Virus record (IMG/VR): IMGVR_UViG_3300038313_000217
Span: 1 to 29,518 of that record
DNA: 29,518 nucleotides
Reading direction: 5' to 3' (one strand)
Origin: a virus
Taxonomy: Duplodnaviria > Caudoviricetes
Shown here in pieces: positions 26,069 to 29,518 of this stretch (position 1 is the stretch's first letter; each line of letters opens with the position of its first letter). A program made the position numbers and the translations under genes. The notes below the pieces were generated by a model, which saw only the letters and a program-made list of their open reading frames with translations, had not been told where the DNA came from and searched no databases.

Positions 26069-28113
26069 ATTTGTGGATTTAAGTATTCATTCAAGTTTAC
26101 TTTACTGCGCCAGTACTCATCTTGCGCTTCCGCAAACTCCATCTCCTTTTCCACATCTCGATCCATCTCTACAACTCTGCCACCTGTTAATCGCGCTAAG
26201 CTTTTCTGGTCTTTGTGCTGACCGTTTGAATCAGTCAGCTGGAACTTTGATAGTACCTGATCAATCGCCGGCATCCCATTGATTTGTAATTTGCTCACAA
26301 CCTCATAATCCTCCGTCATTGACTCTAATACCTTCTCTTGCAATCCCTTGTTATATTGAATTACTGAATGTAAATAGTCACTATCCCCTTCTGATCTGTC
26401 AGCAAGAGCCATCGGCATTTGATGTTTCTCATCTAATAATAAGCGATACATCCCCTTTTCATCGTGAACCATGACACGCTCCATGTTATTGGGATCATAT
26501 TTAACAGTCCAATCGATATGAGTAAGCTCTCTGAATTTAGGCTCAAAAGTGTCATATAAAAAGCGATTGTTATTGATTTGGAATAACAGTCCCTCCGGAA
26601 GCATTTGATTTGTTTTAGGCTTGGTTTCACACAATTGATAGAAATAATCCATCTCTGTCAATTCTACCTTTTTATGACTTCCGTTGTTAAAACGATCTAC
26701 ATACTCGTCAACCTTTGATAATCTGTCAGTCTCGATAATACCAACCAGTTGTTTATAGCAACCTTCATAGTCCGGGAATTGTTTTTGAATTTTATTCAGA
26801 TATTCTCCATTGGGTTGATTCTCTTTTTTTGCTGTTACACCAAAACCGGACCAGTTATTTTGAAACTGACAATAGGTCTTATTTAAGTAATTGAAGTAAG
26901 GCTCGATAACTTTAGCCTTTGAATTACGAACAGCTGCCGGTGTGTATAATTCTGTCAAAGCTTCATAGAAGGGTTTGAGCGTCTTTTTACTATAATTGTC
27001 CGTTTGCAACTGATTAACTCTATATCGAATACCAAAAAGCTCGGCAGTATGGTTGACTGCATTCCGGATTGCCTCTCTGATCAGAGCCGGTGTCTCATGG
27101 GTTCCAATGGCATACCCGACAGGATATTTGCAGCATGGATCTAATACCACTACAATAGTTAACCGGTTATGATAAGTTGTAACGCTATTCCCTTTTCTAT
27201 CTATGGTAGTTTGTTGATATAGCAGCTCGGCATCCCATCCGTCAACCGTCCAGTATAAAAGAGGTTCAGATGGAGCGCGGCGTGTCACTTGCATTGCCAT
27301 GTTATTATTGAAATGGGTGGATCCTCTTGCACCAGATTCAGTTGTTAACTTCCATTTTATTCTATACCTACCAACTGTGTCAGCTGAAATACTGTCCCAT
27401 CCCATTTTCTCGGCAACCATATTATAAAGCATTGACACTTGCGCATTGTCGAAATTTTGTGACTTGCGCAAAAACTCACGTAGAGTAGCTTCCTGCTCGG
27501 TTTCTTGAACTTTACTTCTATTTTTATTCAGGTAATTACGAGGGATTAATGACTCATAATCATTCCCTTCAGCATTTTTAAAGGTCTTTACTTTCTCTCT
27601 CAACCTGCGTGGATTGGTTGGAAGGTTATGTTTTACTTTATCTTGAAAGTCGGCATCCGATATAATTGTCGCCAACGATTCCCACACTCCGGCACTTTTT
27701 TTATTGAGCATCTTCCGGAGCGTTGTGGTTTGATTGCTAACTTCGTGCAACGCATTAAGCAATTGCGCATTAGTAATCAACTCCTCAACTTTTTTAGGTG
27801 GAAAATATCTCCCATCCTCCAGTTGATACTGATTATAAAAATCAATCGCTTCATGGTCATCAACGATGTGATCCATGATATATTTGTATTTGTGATCCTC
27901 TCTCGGATCTCCATATATTTTTTTATATTTATTTTGATATTCATGGGGGATGGATGCCCATTCCACTAAGGCAGGCGTTCCCCGACATCCTGTTCTTACT
28001 CTGTTTATAATACCTCTTTGAGCCATCTTGGCATAGCAATGCTTTGTCATGATCCCCTTAACCGCCAACTTATTTGCCTTTACACAGAGTTTATTATCGT
28101 AGTACATAGACAT
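26065..28113 (-). CDS. MuA-like DDE transposase
   Basis: 682 aa; candidate triad in WTVDGW, LQTDNY and AKVIEPYF; followed by a MuB-like gene. Confidence 0.92.
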   Translation of the reverse strand: MSMYYDNKLCVKANKLAVKGIMTKHCYAKMAQRGIINRVRTGCRGTPALVEWASIPHEYQNKYKKIYGDPREDHKYKYIMDHIVDDHEAIDFYNQYQLEDGRYFPPKKVEELITNAQLLNALHEVSNQTTTLRKMLNKKSAGVWESLATIISDADFQDKVKHNLPTNPRRLREKVKTFKNAEGNDYESLIPRNYLNKNRSKVQETEQEATLREFLRKSQNFDNAQVSMLYNMVAEKMGWDSISADTVGRYRIKWKLTTESGARGSTHFNNNMAMQVTRRAPSEPLLYWTVDGWDAELLYQQTTIDRKGNSVTTYHNRLTIVVVLDPCCKYPVGYAIGTHETPALIREAIRNAVNHTAELFGIRYRVNQLQTDNYSKKTLKPFYEALTELYTPAAVRNSKAKVIEPYFNYLNKTYCQFQNNWSGFGVTAKKENQPNGEYLNKIQKQFPDYEGCYKQLVGIIETDRLSKVDEYVDRFNNGSHKKVELTEMDYFYQLCETKPKTNQMLPEGLLFQINNNRFLYDTFEPKFRELTHIDWTVKYDPNNMERVMVHDEKGMYRLLLDEKHQMPMALADRSEGDSDYLHSVIQYNKGLQEKVLESMTEDYEVVSKLQINGMPAIDQVLSKFQLTDSNGQHKDQKSLARLTGGRVVEMDRDVEKEMEFAEAQDEYWRSKVNLNEYLNPQI

Positions 28114-28117
28114 CTAA

Positions 28118-28294
28118 TTAATTGGATTTTTTAACCATTAGAACACCGCCGTTTTTTAAAGCGTAGTTTCTAATCTTATTCGATAAGTCAGATTTTGATT
28201 CATACCTTAAAGCCCTTCTCACTGTAACATGAGAAGTTTTAAAAACCTTCTCGAGTTTTTTGCCATCTCCGTACTCAACTTTTATAAATTTCAT
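28118..28294 (-). CDS. Ner/Cro-like HTH protein (58 aa, absent from the track)
   Basis: Manual translation MKFIKVEYGDGKKLEKVFKTSHVTVRRALRYESKSDLSNKIRNYALKNGGVLMVKKSN; first early gene, divergent from the repressor. Confidence 0.8.
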   Translation of the reverse strand: MKFIKVEYGDGKKLEKVFKTSHVTVRRALRYESKSDLSNKIRNYALKNGGVLMVKKSN

Positions 28295-28312
28295 TTGCTA
28301 TTGTTTTTTTTG

Positions 28313-28402
28313 TATTTTTGTTGCGTTGTTTAGATTCGTAACAACACTGCAAAGATACATTAAAAAATGACACTGTCATCTTTAAATGACAAAAAAATGA
28401 CA
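28313..28402. promoter_or_regulatory. Lysis/lysogeny switch: face-to-face promoters and ATGACA operator repeats
   Basis: TATTTTTG (+, 28313-20) and TATCTTTG (-, 28357-50); palindrome ATGACA-C-TGTCAT at 28367-79; further ATGACA copies at 28386 and 28397. Confidence 0.6.
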
Positions 28403-28807
28403 AAAGATTCAAATATAAAGCTAAGAGTCTGTAAATTAGCTCATTATTTTTCAAATTCCGTCAGAGAATTTGAGAGAAATGTGGGTTTAACACGTGGTTC
28501 TTTGGGAAATCTCAAGCCAAATCAGAGCATATCTTCAGAGATATTGTCACAAATAACTGACAAATTTCCAGAAATTAATCTATATTGGCTTATATCTGGA
28601 GAGGGTGAAATGATTAAACAACCTGATCTATCTGCTAAGTCAAAAAGTTACACAGAAAAACAAGACAACAAAAGTTGTGGTATTTGTATTGAGAAAGATA
28701 ATCGCATTGCAGATCTATTGGAACGTACAAAAGCACAGGCACAAATCATTGACAAGTTTATGAGTACACTCCCGGTGAGTTGTACTGATACAATTTCAAA
28801 TAAATAA
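28397..28807 (+). CDS. Phage repressor (XRE/CI-like HTH, no S24 peptidase domain)
   Basis: SVREFERNVGLTRGSL HTH and PEINLYWLISGEGEM motif; start is 28367 or more likely 28397. Confidence 0.85.
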   Translation: MTKDSNIKLRVCKLAHYFSNSVREFERNVGLTRGSLGNLKPNQSISSEILSQITDKFPEINLYWLISGEGEMIKQPDLSAKSKSYTEKQDNKSCGICIEKDNRIADLLERTKAQAQIIDKFMSTLPVSCTDTISNK

Positions 28808-28818
28808 ACATACATATT

Positions 28819-28870
28819 TGCACCGGTATAATACTCACAGAAATAGCTGCAATTATACCGGTGTATTTTT
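28819..28870 (+). terminator. Inverted repeat after the repressor gene, possible terminator
   Basis: Perfect 12-bp arms CACCGGTATAAT (28821-32) and ATTATACCGGTG (28852-63), 19-nt loop, followed by TATTTTT. Confidence 0.5.
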
Positions 28871-29081
28871 ATCATTGTAGCAAACGAAATGTACACACTC
28901 CACACACGTTTTTTACAACTTTCCCTGATTTACGTAGCAAACTTTGTCAAAATGGTACCCATTTAACCCTCATTTTGCCCCTTTTTTGCCCCATGTGGTA
29001 CCCCCTAAAGTCGCATTTTTATGCAAATTAGCCCCTTTTTTACCCGTTTGGTACCCCTTAAAACGCTCCTTTTTTTCGCTT

Positions 29082-29117
29082 TTTGTCCACCCATTTGTCC
29101 ACCCATTTGTCCACCCA
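29082..29117. repeat. Three perfect tandem copies of TTTGTCCACCCA
   Basis: Copies start at 29082, 29094 and 29106. Confidence 0.95.
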
Positions 29118-29358
29118 TTCGCATTTTTTCGTACTTTTTTGGCAAAAAAGAGAGGGAGACACACCGGTATATCACCGGCACATCCCCCTCAAAATTGCCA
29201 CTATATAAATCCTGTTTAAAAGCCCTTTAAAAACGCCTTAAAGCCCATTTACAGCCCGTTTTAACCGGTTATTAAAGCACTATTAACACATAACCATCAT
29301 ACGCAGCTGCACACCCCCCATCAAAATTAACGCTAAATTAAAGCAAATTAACATCAAA

Positions 29359-29479
29359 GTACATTCCGTTTGCCATTGGGGTTACAAACAAACCCCGCCA
29401 AAACCCGCAAAAACCCCTACATAAATCAGCAAAAAATCGGCAAAATACAAATACATCCTTTATGTACATTCCGTTTGCC
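29359..29479 (+). repeat. Right-end putative transposase-binding sites
   Basis: Identical 16-mers GTACATTCCGTTTGCC at 29359-74 and 29464-79 (105-bp period). Confidence 0.8.
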
Positions 29480-29518
29480 GCCCCGTATATTGATACTAGT
29501 TTCATACTCTTTTTCATG

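Larger units (their letters stand above)
14..29487. mobile_element. Mu-like transposable temperate phage (siphovirus-type tail), probably complete, likely Bacteroidota host
   Basis: Contains a DDE transposase, MuB-like ATPase, repressor/Ner-like pair, Mu-type portal/gp36/F/G-like head genes, tail tube and tape measure, with no sheath gene recognised. Inverted end motifs lie at 23-60 and 29359-29479. Exact termini are inferred by symmetry (+/- a few bp). Confidence 0.93.

Noticed and set aside
13281-27969. Short antisense or alternate-frame ORFs within the terminase, portal, methylase, ATPase and transposase genes
   Set aside because: Mostly nested in stronger ORFs, with no recognisable features.
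28648-28905. 85-aa minus-strand ORF overlapping the repressor 3' end
   Set aside because: Antisense overlap with the repressor and it runs through the inverted repeat and end-motif copy; probably spurious.
28944-29230. Three overlapping ORFs with repeated peptides (FVHP, NGWT, PPIC)
   Set aside because: The peptide repeats are translations of the 12-bp tandem DNA repeat in a low-complexity end region; there is no coding evidence.
29082-29479. Possible CRISPR array
   Set aside because: Repeats are directly tandem or only two copies, with no regular unique spacers and no cas genes.
1-29518. Target-site duplication, tRNA genes, stop-codon reassignment, strand compositional skew
   Set aside because: Flanks share no direct repeat; no cloverleaf was seen; genes are intact in the standard code; the impression of a C-over-G skew on the + strand could not be quantified by eye.

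Overview
The window appears to be an essentially complete ~29.5-kb transposable (Mu-like) temperate phage with a long non-contractile tail, probably from a Bacteroidota host (inferred from TAnnTTTG promoter motifs, A-rich translation starts and a BACON-like domain). Candidate transposase-binding sites (consensus GTACATTCCGTTTGC) occur in inverted orientation at both ends of the window. From right to left the layout is: repeat-rich right end, repressor (+), then an early operon on the - strand (Ner-like HTH, DDE transposase, MuB-like ATPase, second ATPase, accessory genes) ending at a bidirectional terminator. Two divergent late operons follow: terminase, adaptor, portal-MuF fusion, neck genes and a Dam-like methylase (+), and protease/scaffold, capsid, lysis and tail genes (-). 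The most interesting signals are: (1) an attC-like hairpin with matching core sites delimiting a single-gene, integron-type cassette although no integron integrase is present; (2) a pseudoknotted, possibly switchable RNA structure with an antisense promoter upstream of the methylase; (3) a slippery site plus hairpin at the portal/MuF junction; (4) a canonical -1 frameshift signal in the tail chaperone; (5) a capsid protein with an N-terminal hydrophobic hairpin and a C-terminal BACON-like domain; (6) apparent TA rather than TG..CA termini. All product calls come from motif recognition and synteny; no database search was run.
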